Below, piece after piece: positions 1-8,578 of a stretch of DNA of 54,266 bases. The translations under genes were made by a program, and so were the position numbers. The notes under the pieces were generated by a model. The model ran no database searches. It saw only the letters and a list, made by a program, of their open reading frames with translations, and was not told where the DNA came from. The DNA lies in NCBI GenBank assembly GCA_019894665.1, contig JAGXOC010000005.1, forward strand, positions 6,724-60,989, in the 5' to 3' direction. The first letter of the stretch is position 1. Every line of letters begins with the position of its first letter. This stretch comes from Candidatus Thorarchaeota archaeon (GTDB taxonomy: Archaea > Asgardarchaeota > Thorarchaeia > Thorarchaeales > Thorarchaeaceae).

Positions 1-348
1 AATATCCTGCGAGCTCTCGAGATGGATTTCATAAAAGATCCAGAGGCCGCAAGAATTGGCATAAAAGCGATTCAGCAGCATCTCGACAAGATACTCTCTA
101 TAGAGGGAGTACGTCCCATAGAAACAGTTGGACGGGAGTTCGATCCATACTATCAGCATGCAGCTCAGAGAGCACATGATCCAGAGAAACCAGATGGTGT
201 AATTCTGGAAGAGTATCAGAGAGGATACATGCTAAAAGAGAAGGTCTTGCGTCCTGCAGTAGTCTGTGTGAATCGTCACGAGGTTCCCACTGCCGAAACA
301 GGTAATGATGAAGACATCGATGTTAATTCAGATAATAATGGTGAATAA
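1..348 (+). CDS. grpE: Nucleotide exchange factor GrpE (5' partial; frame open to window edge)
   Basis: C-terminal GrpE motifs FDPxxxxA and GYxLxxKVLRPAxVxV; directly upstream of dnaK; position 1 is in frame (NILRALEM...). Confidence 0.93.
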   Translation, partial: NILRALEMDFIKDPEAARIGIKAIQQHLDKILSIEGVRPIETVGREFDPYYQHAAQRAHDPEKPDGVILEEYQRGYMLKEKVLRPAVVCVNRHEVPTAETGNDEDIDVNSDNNGE

Positions 349-350
349 TA

Positions 351-2240
351 ATGGCAGGTAAGATTGTAGGTATTGATCTAGGCACTACGAACAGCGGTAT
401 CGCCTATATGGAGGGTGGAAAACCAACCATAATTCCAAATGCAGAAGGAAAACGACTGACTCCCTCTGTTGTTGGTATCACTCCTAAGGGTGAAATCATC
501 GTAGGTGAGCTAGCAAAGAGACAGGCTGTTTCTATGCCAGAACGTACTGTTCGGTCTATCAAACGGAAGATGGGACAGGATTACAAGGTGACGATTGGCG
601 ATAAGGATTACACTCCTCAAGAAATATCTGCTATGATTCTGACCAAGATGAAGAGAGATGCAGAGGCTTTTCTTGGAGAACCAGTTCAAAATGCAGTCAT
701 TACAGTACCTGCGTACTTCAATGATAGCCAGCGACAAGCAACAAGAGACGCTGGCAGAATTGCAGGCTTTGAGGTTTCACGAATTGTAAACGAACCCACT
801 GCTTCGGCACTGGCTTATGGTCTTGACAAGAGCAAGGAAGTCAAAGTCTTGGTTTACGACCTTGGTGGTGGAACATTTGATGTGTCAATCTTAGACATTG
901 GTGCGGTTGATGGTGACACAGTTTACGAGGTCCTATCCACAAGTGGCAACACTCAACTTGGCGGCGATGATTGGGACAAACGAATCATCGATTGGATGGT
1001 TGAAGAGTTTAAGAATCAGACTGGAGTCGATATATCCAAGGATCTTTCTGCTATGCAGAGGATTCGTGATGCAGCTGAACAAGCGAAGATTGAACTCTCA
1101 AGTGTGATGCAGACAAACATCAATCTTCCCTACATCACTGCAGATGAAAGCGGCCCCAAACATCTCAGTTTAGATCTTGCGCGTTCTAAATTTGAAAAGA
1201 TGACAGACGACCTTGTTGATGCTACAGTCGGTCCTATTAGGCAGGCACTAAGTGATGCAAAACTAGAACCTGAACAGATAAACAAGATTCTACTTGTTGG
1301 CGGTGCAACCAGAATGCCGATGATTCAGAATATTATCCGCGATCTGTTTGGTAAAGAAGGAGACAAGAGTATCAACCCTGACGAATGCGTAGCTCTTGGT
1401 GCTGCAGCACAGGCTGGAGTCATGTCTGGAGAAGTAACGGACATTCTCCTATTGGACGTAACACCTCTTACACTGAGTATCGAAACTCTTGGTGGTGTTG
1501 CAACCGCCCTCATTGAGCGTAACACCACTATTCCGACCAGAAAGAGCAAGACATTCACGACTGCTGCTGACGGTCAGACCGCAGTAGACATTCATGTAGT
1601 CCAAGGTGAGCGGAAGATGATTGCAGATAACATGACCCTGGGAAGATTCCAACTTGTGGGTATCCCCCCTGCTCCTCGTAACACTCCTCAGATCGAGGTG
1701 ACCTTTGATATAGATGCAAACGGAATTGTCAATGTCAAAGCCCGAGACACTGCCACTGGGAATGAGCATTCTATTACAATCACTGCCAGTACAAATCTCT
1801 CTGACCATGATGTTGATCAGATGGTCAAAGACTCAGAGAAATATGCAGAGGAAGATGCCAAGCGCGCGGATGAAGTTCAGACAAGAAACAATGCTGACCA
1901 GATGATCTACCAAGGTGAGAAGGTTCTCAAAGATTTAGGGGAGAAAGTTCCCGCGGATCTAAAGAAGGAGTTTGAAACAAAGGCTGCTGAATTACATACG
2001 GCAATGGAATCTGACAACCTTGAGAAGATGAAATCTGGTACAGAGGAACTTCAACAGATAATATACAAAATTTCAGAGAAGGTCTATGGGAGCGAAGGTC
2101 AAGGATCTGCTGGACCTGGAGCAGCAGGATTTGATCCGAGCCAAATGGGTGGCGCGAGTGCAACTGGTCCTACAGCTGGACCGTCATCTCAAGAAGATGA
2201 AGAAAATGTTGTAGACGTAGACTTCGAGGATCTCGAGTGA
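351..2240 (+). CDS. dnaK: Hsp70 chaperone DnaK
   Basis: [27 protein letters not shown] and LLLDVTPL motifs; acidic C-terminus. Confidence 0.99.
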   Translation: MAGKIVGIDLGTTNSGIAYMEGGKPTIIPNAEGKRLTPSVVGITPKGEIIVGELAKRQAVSMPERTVRSIKRKMGQDYKVTIGDKDYTPQEISAMILTKMKRDAEAFLGEPVQNAVITVPAYFNDSQRQATRDAGRIAGFEVSRIVNEPTASALAYGLDKSKEVKVLVYDLGGGTFDVSILDIGAVDGDTVYEVLSTSGNTQLGGDDWDKRIIDWMVEEFKNQTGVDISKDLSAMQRIRDAAEQAKIELSSVMQTNINLPYITADESGPKHLSLDLARSKFEKMTDDLVDATVGPIRQALSDAKLEPEQINKILLVGGATRMPMIQNIIRDLFGKEGDKSINPDECVALGAAAQAGVMSGEVTDILLLDVTPLTLSIETLGGVATALIERNTTIPTRKSKTFTTAADGQTAVDIHVVQGERKMIADNMTLGRFQLVGIPPAPRNTPQIEVTFDIDANGIVNVKARDTATGNEHSITITASTNLSDHDVDQMVKDSEKYAEEDAKRADEVQTRNNADQMIYQGEKVLKDLGEKVPADLKKEFETKAAELHTAMESDNLEKMKSGTEELQQIIYKISEKVYGSEGQGSAGPGAAGFDPSQMGGASATGPTAGPSSQEDEENVVDVDFEDLE

Positions 2241-2263
2241 GTCTAAACTATAGGTGATGCTCA

Positions 2264-3292
2264 TTGGCTGAAGATGACTTTTATGACCTGCTGGGAGTTA
2301 ATCGGCGTGCAACCCAGGAAGAGATCAAGAAGGCATATCGTCGACTGGCCAGAGAGTATCATCCAGATCGAAATCCCGATAAAAACGCCGAAGAGAGACT
2401 CAAGCGAGTGAATGAAGCCTATGATGTCTTAGGCGATTCTGAGAAACGCGCTAATTATGATCGATATGGCACTGCAGATTCTCAAGGAATCAACATGGAT
2501 GGATTTGGAGATATCTTCAGTTCTCTATTTCGAGGGTTTGGTGGTTTTGGTGGAGGACGAGGAAGAGCTGGACCTCCTGCAGGTCAAACACTACGTATGA
2601 CCATCAAACTAAGTTTCTTAGAAGCATTCTTTGGCACAGAAAAGGAGATTGCTTTCAGAAGGAACATCAAATGTGAAACTTGTGGGGGAAGTGGGGCCAA
2701 ACCTGGATCTTCACCAAAGCAATGTAGAACATGTGGTGGACAGGGTCAAGTTGTTAGATCGATGGGTGGATTCATGAGTGTCGCCCAGACATGTCCTACA
2801 TGTCGAGGCCTTGGGGAATCAATTGAATCTCCTTGTAGTGAGTGTAGAGGCCAAGGACTACAGAATGAACGGAAAGAGACGTCCGTGCCCATACCTCCCG
2901 GCGTAGAGGATGGGCAAGGGATTCGAATCCAGGGTGGAGGTAATTTTGGTCATAGAGGTGGTCCTCCCGGAGATCTGATACTGATGTTCTCGGTTGAGCC
3001 CCATGAATCCTTTGTAAGAAGAGGTCTCCATATCTACATGGAAACCGACATTCCTTTTCCAGTTGCTGCAATGGGGGGTGAAATTGAAGTACCGACGCTG
3101 TGGGGGAACAGCAAAATGAAAGTGAAACGAGGTACTGCGGGCGGTACAGTCTTCCGGATGAAAGGTAAAGGAGTCCATACTGAGAATGGTCGGAGTGGAG
3201 ATCAACTCGTACGAGTAAATATCCACATACCTAAGAAACTAAGCAAGGTACAGAAGGAATACTTGGCTCAGTTCGACGATGTCTTTGACTAA
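2264..3292 (+). CDS. dnaJ: Hsp40 co-chaperone DnaJ
   Basis: J-domain HPD, G/F-rich linker, four CxxCxGxG repeats; TTG start preceded by a GGTGA SD motif. Confidence 0.98.
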   Translation: MAEDDFYDLLGVNRRATQEEIKKAYRRLAREYHPDRNPDKNAEERLKRVNEAYDVLGDSEKRANYDRYGTADSQGINMDGFGDIFSSLFRGFGGFGGGRGRAGPPAGQTLRMTIKLSFLEAFFGTEKEIAFRRNIKCETCGGSGAKPGSSPKQCRTCGGQGQVVRSMGGFMSVAQTCPTCRGLGESIESPCSECRGQGLQNERKETSVPIPPGVEDGQGIRIQGGGNFGHRGGPPGDLILMFSVEPHESFVRRGLHIYMETDIPFPVAAMGGEIEVPTLWGNSKMKVKRGTAGGTVFRMKGKGVHTENGRSGDQLVRVNIHIPKKLSKVQKEYLAQFDDVFD

Positions 3293-3858
3293 AACTCCAG
3301 AGGTTTGCAGAGGCACGCTCTCATCCTTATTTTTGGAAACGCCTGCGAATTAGCGGGCTTAATCACCCATGCAGTGTCTGCTCCCCTTCCAGTTCCGCCA
3401 ATACATACTACGTCTTGGGTTACAGGAACCAGACCGGCATCAGCGGCCATCATAGCAATCTCAGCACAGACCTTTGTTCCCTGTCCGAATGTTCTAAGTG
3501 CAACAGCAATAATCTCAGTTGGCATCCAAGTACCCAATTCCTTTCTGATGCTACGAGCAACACCTGCAAAGGCATGTGTTGCAGTCAATACTTTGGCACC
3601 AAGCTTCTCAATCTGAACTTTGTTATCCTCACTGAGCTCGTTCTCATTCACCTTCGCAAATCCGGTCTCATGTGATACTACGACTACCTTCATGTCTGAG
3701 AACTCCCTGGCTGCAGCAATCCCCGTTGCTCCTTCTGTTGTTGCAACAACAATGTGTTCGATGTGAGGGTTTTCATTGAGATAGTCCCTGACCAACGACA
3801 GGACTTCGTCAGTATGCTCTAGGCCTGCTTTGTCAAAATAGAATGTTCTTGTTGACAT
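3289..3858 (-). CDS. Pyruvate kinase alpha/beta (C-terminal-like) domain protein, conserved archaeal family
   Basis: IVVATTxGxT, LRTFGQGTKVCAEIAxMAADAG and IGGTGRGADTA motifs. Confidence 0.8.
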   Translation of the reverse strand: MSTRTFYFDKAGLEHTDEVLSLVRDYLNENPHIEHIVVATTEGATGIAAAREFSDMKVVVVSHETGFAKVNENELSEDNKVQIEKLGAKVLTATHAFAGVARSIRKELGTWMPTEIIAVALRTFGQGTKVCAEIAMMAADAGLVPVTQDVVCIGGTGRGADTAWVIKPANSQAFPKIRMRACLCKPLEF

Positions 3859-3861
3859 CTG

Positions 3862-4308
3862 TTACGCATCCTTTGTCTGTTGAGTTCTGACCAACCATTC
3901 GAGGACTGCAAAGGCTAGCAACACAACCACTGCAAACATGAAATCAACTGCCCCCTCAGTAACTATTGATACTACCCACGATGCCAATACAACTACCAAG
4001 ATAGCAAGCATCAAGCGCATTGTGTAATAGATCCATCTGTCAGGAGTACTCTTTTTCTCCTCTTCATTAACCTGTACCTTACCATACTCTTCAGCGATTT
4101 CCTCAGGAGTTCCTAATGCCTCAAGCACCTCTGTAATTAGATGCATTTTATCATCATCAGGACTCTTCTGGACCTTTTCGTTATATGACTCATAGATATG
4201 GGATCTCAGATCTTCCAAAAGATCCTCTGTTTCAAAACTATTCGGTAGTAATTTTGCGATCTTCTTCATGTGGTTCTCTATTGTCCGATCTACCTCATTG
4301 TCACTCAT
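3862..4308 (-). CDS. PadR-associated membrane protein (HAAS-like N-terminal domain plus 2 TM helices)
   Basis: DLRSHI...LGTPEEIAEEY motif then two hydrophobic helices; 4-nt overlap with the PadR gene. Confidence 0.7.
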   Translation of the reverse strand: MSDNEVDRTIENHMKKIAKLLPNSFETEDLLEDLRSHIYESYNEKVQKSPDDDKMHLITEVLEALGTPEEIAEEYGKVQVNEEEKKSTPDRWIYYTMRLMLAILVVVLASWVVSIVTEGAVDFMFAVVVLLAFAVLEWLVRTQQTKDA

Positions 4309-4658
4309 TTTTTCAGAGCCTCCAATTTCTCAAAAATGTCCCCAACCAGTATTGTCAGTTGACGAAACACACGGTCTCCTTCCCCGGTCAAAACGTAGAC
4401 CTTCCTGCTTGGTCCGGATTCCGATTTTTCTGTGTGAACATTCAGCAAGCGTTCCTTACGAAGTCTGTGAAGTATTGGATAAAGTGTCCCTTCCTTCATT
4501 TGGAGAAGACCATCTGTCCTCCCTTCGAGCTCACGAGCAATACCATACCCATGAATTCCTTTCTCATGATGATTTACAATAGCAAGGACCGCATATTGAA
4601 GAACACCTCTTCTGATTTCTATCTTCCAACTGTCTTCAAAGCTGGGTCCTTTCTCCAA
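4305..4658 (-). CDS. PadR-family transcriptional regulator
   Basis: HGYxI, EGTLYPILHRL and RKVYxLTxxG winged-helix motifs. Confidence 0.93.
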   Translation of the reverse strand: MEKGPSFEDSWKIEIRRGVLQYAVLAIVNHHEKGIHGYGIARELEGRTDGLLQMKEGTLYPILHRLRKERLLNVHTEKSESGPSRKVYVLTGEGDRVFRQLTILVGDIFEKLEALKK

Positions 4659-5205
4659 AATGATGCAAACCTCTCTGATGTTCGGCGAAGAAAACTCTAT
4701 TACATCTCCTTAAGTATGTCTATGACCGAATTCTCAGTTAAGTGATCTTCACTCAAATGAGATTTCTGTGTTCTATCCTTCCTTAGACTAACGTCACCGT
4801 ATCCCTGTATAATTGCCTGTGGGATGTCTAAGGCATTGTCTGCTATCATCGGGATTGACTCCCTCCTGAAGACCTGGCTTCTTTCTCCTGTTCTTGTGCT
4901 GGTGCATCACTTCTAGCGACAGTGAGCGCTTCCACAGTTCTTACCACGGCGGGGTCATTATCACTCTCACTAGTCGCATCGCTGATTCTAGCGAGGTCAA
5001 AATGGACAAAATGAACAGCCGCGGACTCTCCAAGTTTGATGCTATATCCTTTGAGGAGAGTATGGACTTCCCTTGAGAGTGCTTCTTCTTTTGGGCTTTC
5101 AGTCGTGCACGTCGTCCCTTTTCCAAGACTCTAGTCCACTTACCTAGTCCTTTCACAGAATGAAGTGATGAAGGATCCTTTTGAACTCGTACTGGAATGT
5201 CTATT

Positions 5206-6591
5206 CTACGCGATATCCCGGTCATGTCGTCTTCCAGGTAAATACGTTCTGAATTCTATCCACAATGTAGAGGCGTATTCCTTGGGTTCTCGAATCAGGA
5301 GATAAAAGAATGATGCAAAGAATCTGAGAATTCCACTCAACATAAGCATGACAAAGACCGAAAAATGAGCGTCTCCAAATACATCAAGAATTACTTGTCC
5401 TAGAATACCAGCAATCAATGAACCAATTAGAAAGAATATTCCAGTGAATGTGGCATACACAGCAAGATGTGAACCCCTTTCTTCCTCAGGTGAAATATCA
5501 TAGATGTAAGCTGTTACGGCATTCATACCAGATGCCACGCAGAAACCTGCAAGTATGTTAGCTGCATAAACGTAGTACACATTCTGAGCAAAAGCATACA
5601 GAATAGGAACCAGGAACAGAAGACCTCTTCCTAGAAGTATCAGTGGTTTTCTCCCAACTTTGTCACTAAGTTTTCCAAATGGTACAGTGAATATGACTAT
5701 GGACACAGTCATGGCAGCAGATGCAATTGCAATTTCAAAATTGGAGTTATTCAACCATGTTTTCTGCACGACAATAAAGTATGACCATGCGATGGACATT
5801 GCAAATGAGAAGAACACAGCTATGAAACAGAATCTTCGAAAAGCACCCGGCTTCGATAGTAGTCGAAGGATTGGTGGGAATTTTCGTGGACCATTCTGGT
5901 CTTTCGGATGCTCTTTGATTCTCGTAGATAGAAGGGATGCGATGATTCCTACAATAGCTGTAAAGAAGAATGGTCCATAGTACGCTTCTCTGAATGATTG
6001 TTCATCCAAATGGACTGGGAAAAGGACTGGACCCAGATCTCCGAATAGGCTCCGAAGGATTGGTACGAGTGCTGGTAGTACTGCGATGAATCCTGAGATC
6101 AATGTTGCAGATAGAGATGCAATGTTTGTTGCAAGCCCAAGCTTTCCAAGTTCATCCCCTCTATTTTCCTCATCTATCAGCCCTCCAACTAGTGACAACC
6201 ATGTAGGGATTTGTATACTGAATAGAACTGATTGAATTCCATAGAGGACAATCATCTCAAAAGGTGTTGCAGCCCACAAGAACATGTACACTACTAATAG
6301 TCCAGTCATCAAACCAAATGCGACAAAGGCCTTAGTATTCCTGACTTTGTCAGAAGTTGCACCCCAAACCGGTTGAAGAACTGCTGGAGCTACATTTCCA
6401 ACACTTCGAAACACTCCTTGTTCAACAAAATTCTGAACACCTCTAAGAGCTTCTTGCATATCAATCAGATATGCTTGAATGAACGGTGAGTACAGACCTA
6501 CTCCAAACTGAGTTAGTGCTCCAACAATGTATGCACGTGCAGGTAGTTTCCTGAATTCAGTTTTCTCAGCTGGTGTGGGTGTTTCTGTCAT
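5206..6591 (-). CDS. MFS transporter (start re-assigned to ATG 6591)
   Basis: About 12 hydrophobic segments; MFS motif A twice (WGATSDKVRN, FGKLSDKVGRK). Confidence 0.9.
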   Translation of the reverse strand: MTETPTPAEKTEFRKLPARAYIVGALTQFGVGLYSPFIQAYLIDMQEALRGVQNFVEQGVFRSVGNVAPAVLQPVWGATSDKVRNTKAFVAFGLMTGLLVVYMFLWAATPFEMIVLYGIQSVLFSIQIPTWLSLVGGLIDEENRGDELGKLGLATNIASLSATLISGFIAVLPALVPILRSLFGDLGPVLFPVHLDEQSFREAYYGPFFFTAIVGIIASLLSTRIKEHPKDQNGPRKFPPILRLLSKPGAFRRFCFIAVFFSFAMSIAWSYFIVVQKTWLNNSNFEIAIASAAMTVSIVIFTVPFGKLSDKVGRKPLILLGRGLLFLVPILYAFAQNVYYVYAANILAGFCVASGMNAVTAYIYDISPEEERGSHLAVYATFTGIFFLIGSLIAGILGQVILDVFGDAHFSVFVMLMLSGILRFFASFFYLLIREPKEYASTLWIEFRTYLPGRRHDRDIA

Positions 6592-6712
6592 TCTTGATTC
6601 TCGAAGGCTTTTTGCCCTCCTATTAACTGTAGTTCTTACAACACCCCATGACCTGACCGTCATTGTTATCTAGAAAGGTTCGTATGTTCTCTATGGTTGT
6701 GAGATCTGACAA

Positions 6713-7822
6713 ATGCTCGATGAATCTGTTTACAAGAAAAGGATTGAACAAGTGCAAAAGCATCTTGAATCATCCAGTGTCGATTTTGCATTTCTTACAC
6801 AATCTCCGAATTTTCAGTACTTGGCTGGATTCGAGAATGACATGCGTGAGCGACTCCTCGCACTCGTGATAAGACAGGACGCAGAACCACAGATCGTTGC
6901 TCCTGCTTTCGAGGTATCCGCCCACACATTCCATACATGGATCAAGGACTTAGTTCCTTGGGCCGAGGATGAAGACCCCTATGCACTAGTCGCCGAACTT
7001 GTTGGAGAAAAGAGTGGAGGTCATTCAATCTTTCTTGATGATGACACTCCGCTAGGAGTGTACTGGGCACTTGAGACCGCATTTGGTGGATTTGCCGAGA
7101 CCGCCTCCTTGAGTCCTATGATTAATTCGATGCGTATCATCAAGTCAGACAAAGAAATCGAATTGATGAAAAAAGCAGGTCACATCATCAATGACGCAGT
7201 TCTCAAAGCCTTTAAAGAAGTAAAGATTGGAATGACTGAACAAGAAGTGCAACTGATAGTGCACAAGGAAATTCGTCGCCAAGAAGCAACTCCTACCTTT
7301 GCAGCTATCCAGTTTGGTGAGAACAGTGCGCTTCCTCATGCTGAGGCAGGTAGTAGGGAGTTGAAGAAGGGCGATGTTGTCTTCATGGATTGTGGTTGTA
7401 AGCTAGAAGGCTACAATACTGACATGACCCGAGTAGGTGTCGTAGGTCCTCCTACGGAGGAACTCGAACGCGTGTTTTCAACAGTCCTTCATGCGTTAGA
7501 AACTGCTTTTGAGAACATTGCACCAAGAATGGCATGTGGGGCAGCTGATGGTCTAGCCCGTCGTGTTATTGATGACACAGGATATGGTGATTACTTCACA
7601 CATCGTCTTGGTCATGGGATTGGCCTTGAGATTCATGAACCTCCATATATCGTAAGAGGTAGCTCGCAGGAGCTGCAAGCAGGAATGTGTCATAGCATTG
7701 AACCAGGAATCTACCTCGAAGGCAAGTTCGGTATTCGTATTGAAGACTTGGTGTGTATCCGTGAGGATGGACCTGAGCTACTAACGTTCACGCCACGGGA
7801 TCTCATTCAGATTGATCCGTAG
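6713..7822 (+). CDS. pepQ: Xaa-Pro dipeptidase/aminopeptidase (M24B)
   Basis: DxG...TDMTR, HRLGHGIGLEIHEPP, EPGIY and GIRIED metal-site motifs. Confidence 0.9.
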   Translation: MLDESVYKKRIEQVQKHLESSSVDFAFLTQSPNFQYLAGFENDMRERLLALVIRQDAEPQIVAPAFEVSAHTFHTWIKDLVPWAEDEDPYALVAELVGEKSGGHSIFLDDDTPLGVYWALETAFGGFAETASLSPMINSMRIIKSDKEIELMKKAGHIINDAVLKAFKEVKIGMTEQEVQLIVHKEIRRQEATPTFAAIQFGENSALPHAEAGSRELKKGDVVFMDCGCKLEGYNTDMTRVGVVGPPTEELERVFSTVLHALETAFENIAPRMACGAADGLARRVIDDTGYGDYFTHRLGHGIGLEIHEPPYIVRGSSQELQAGMCHSIEPGIYLEGKFGIRIEDLVCIREDGPELLTFTPRDLIQIDP

Positions 7823-8423
7823 GAGACTCTTCTTCACCAGTAGGTTCTTCTTTGGATTTGGAAATAATCTCATCCATCTTCTTGCGGTCTTCTTCAGAGA
7901 GATTCTGCATTGCTTCACTTGACTGTTTCATCATCTGATTCATCATTACAGAATAGATTGCAGGAAGTGCTGCAGTACTATCTCTACGTTGGTGGAATTC
8001 CTTCTCAGCTAGACTTTTTGCTTCTTGAAGCGCCTCTTTTGTCACTTCGCCTTCCCCTACACCCGGACAGTCCTTGCTGCTCAAGACGTAATTCTCACCA
8101 TTAAACACAAGTGGAAATGTTTGACATGAGATTGGTCTATCATATCTTATCTCACACGAATTTGCTTGTTCATTATAGAATATGCACGCAGTGGACTCTG
8201 GATCGCTCTCTAGAGGTTTCCGGAGTGTTTCAAAGTAAAAGGAATCATGTTCTGATTCTGGCATATGAATAGTGATGCCTGGTAGAATGTTCATTATGTA
8301 ATCATGATTCATCCATCGAGCTAGATCACCAATTGTGACCAGAACCTGTGGTCTGATGTGACATGCTTTCGTATCGCATTTCTGCTCCAAACACTTGAAA
8401 TTATACTTTGATTTCTCCGACAT
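7803..8423 (-). CDS. YkgJ-like cysteine cluster protein
   Basis: FKC..C...C N-terminus; CIFY..C..RPISCQTFP and CPG motifs. Confidence 0.75.
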   Translation of the reverse strand: MSEKSKYNFKCLEQKCDTKACHIRPQVLVTIGDLARWMNHDYIMNILPGITIHMPESEHDSFYFETLRKPLESDPESTACIFYNEQANSCEIRYDRPISCQTFPLVFNGENYVLSSKDCPGVGEGEVTKEALQEAKSLAEKEFHQRRDSTAALPAIYSVMMNQMMKQSSEAMQNLSEEDRKKMDEIISKSKEEPTGEEESPTDQSE

Positions 8424-8578
8424 CCTCATCACCTAGTGGTGTGGCTAAATGGTTCGTTCCTAGAGTCTCTTTAACAGTTTCGAAACGGATTTTTCCGAGT
8501 CCGATAGGTTTTTGTTCAACTGCCTGCGGACAATATCAATCTCAGAGTAGAGCTTTCTTTACACTCGGAGTCCACAAA

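Noticed and set aside
2919-2931. GGATTCGAATCC, a tRNA T-arm-like word
   Set aside because: It lies inside the dnaJ coding sequence with no surrounding cloverleaf; no tRNA or rRNA was recognised in the window.
4185-4745. 186-aa plus-strand ORF and other long antisense ORFs (e.g. 22955-23611, 10501-11025, 33493-33873, 26201-26644)
   Set aside because: They are shadow frames opposite well-supported genes and show no recognisable motifs.
4941-5225. 94-aa basic minus-strand ORF as a real gene
   Set aside because: It overlaps the MFS 3' end in another frame and has no motif; treated only as part of the unexplained region.
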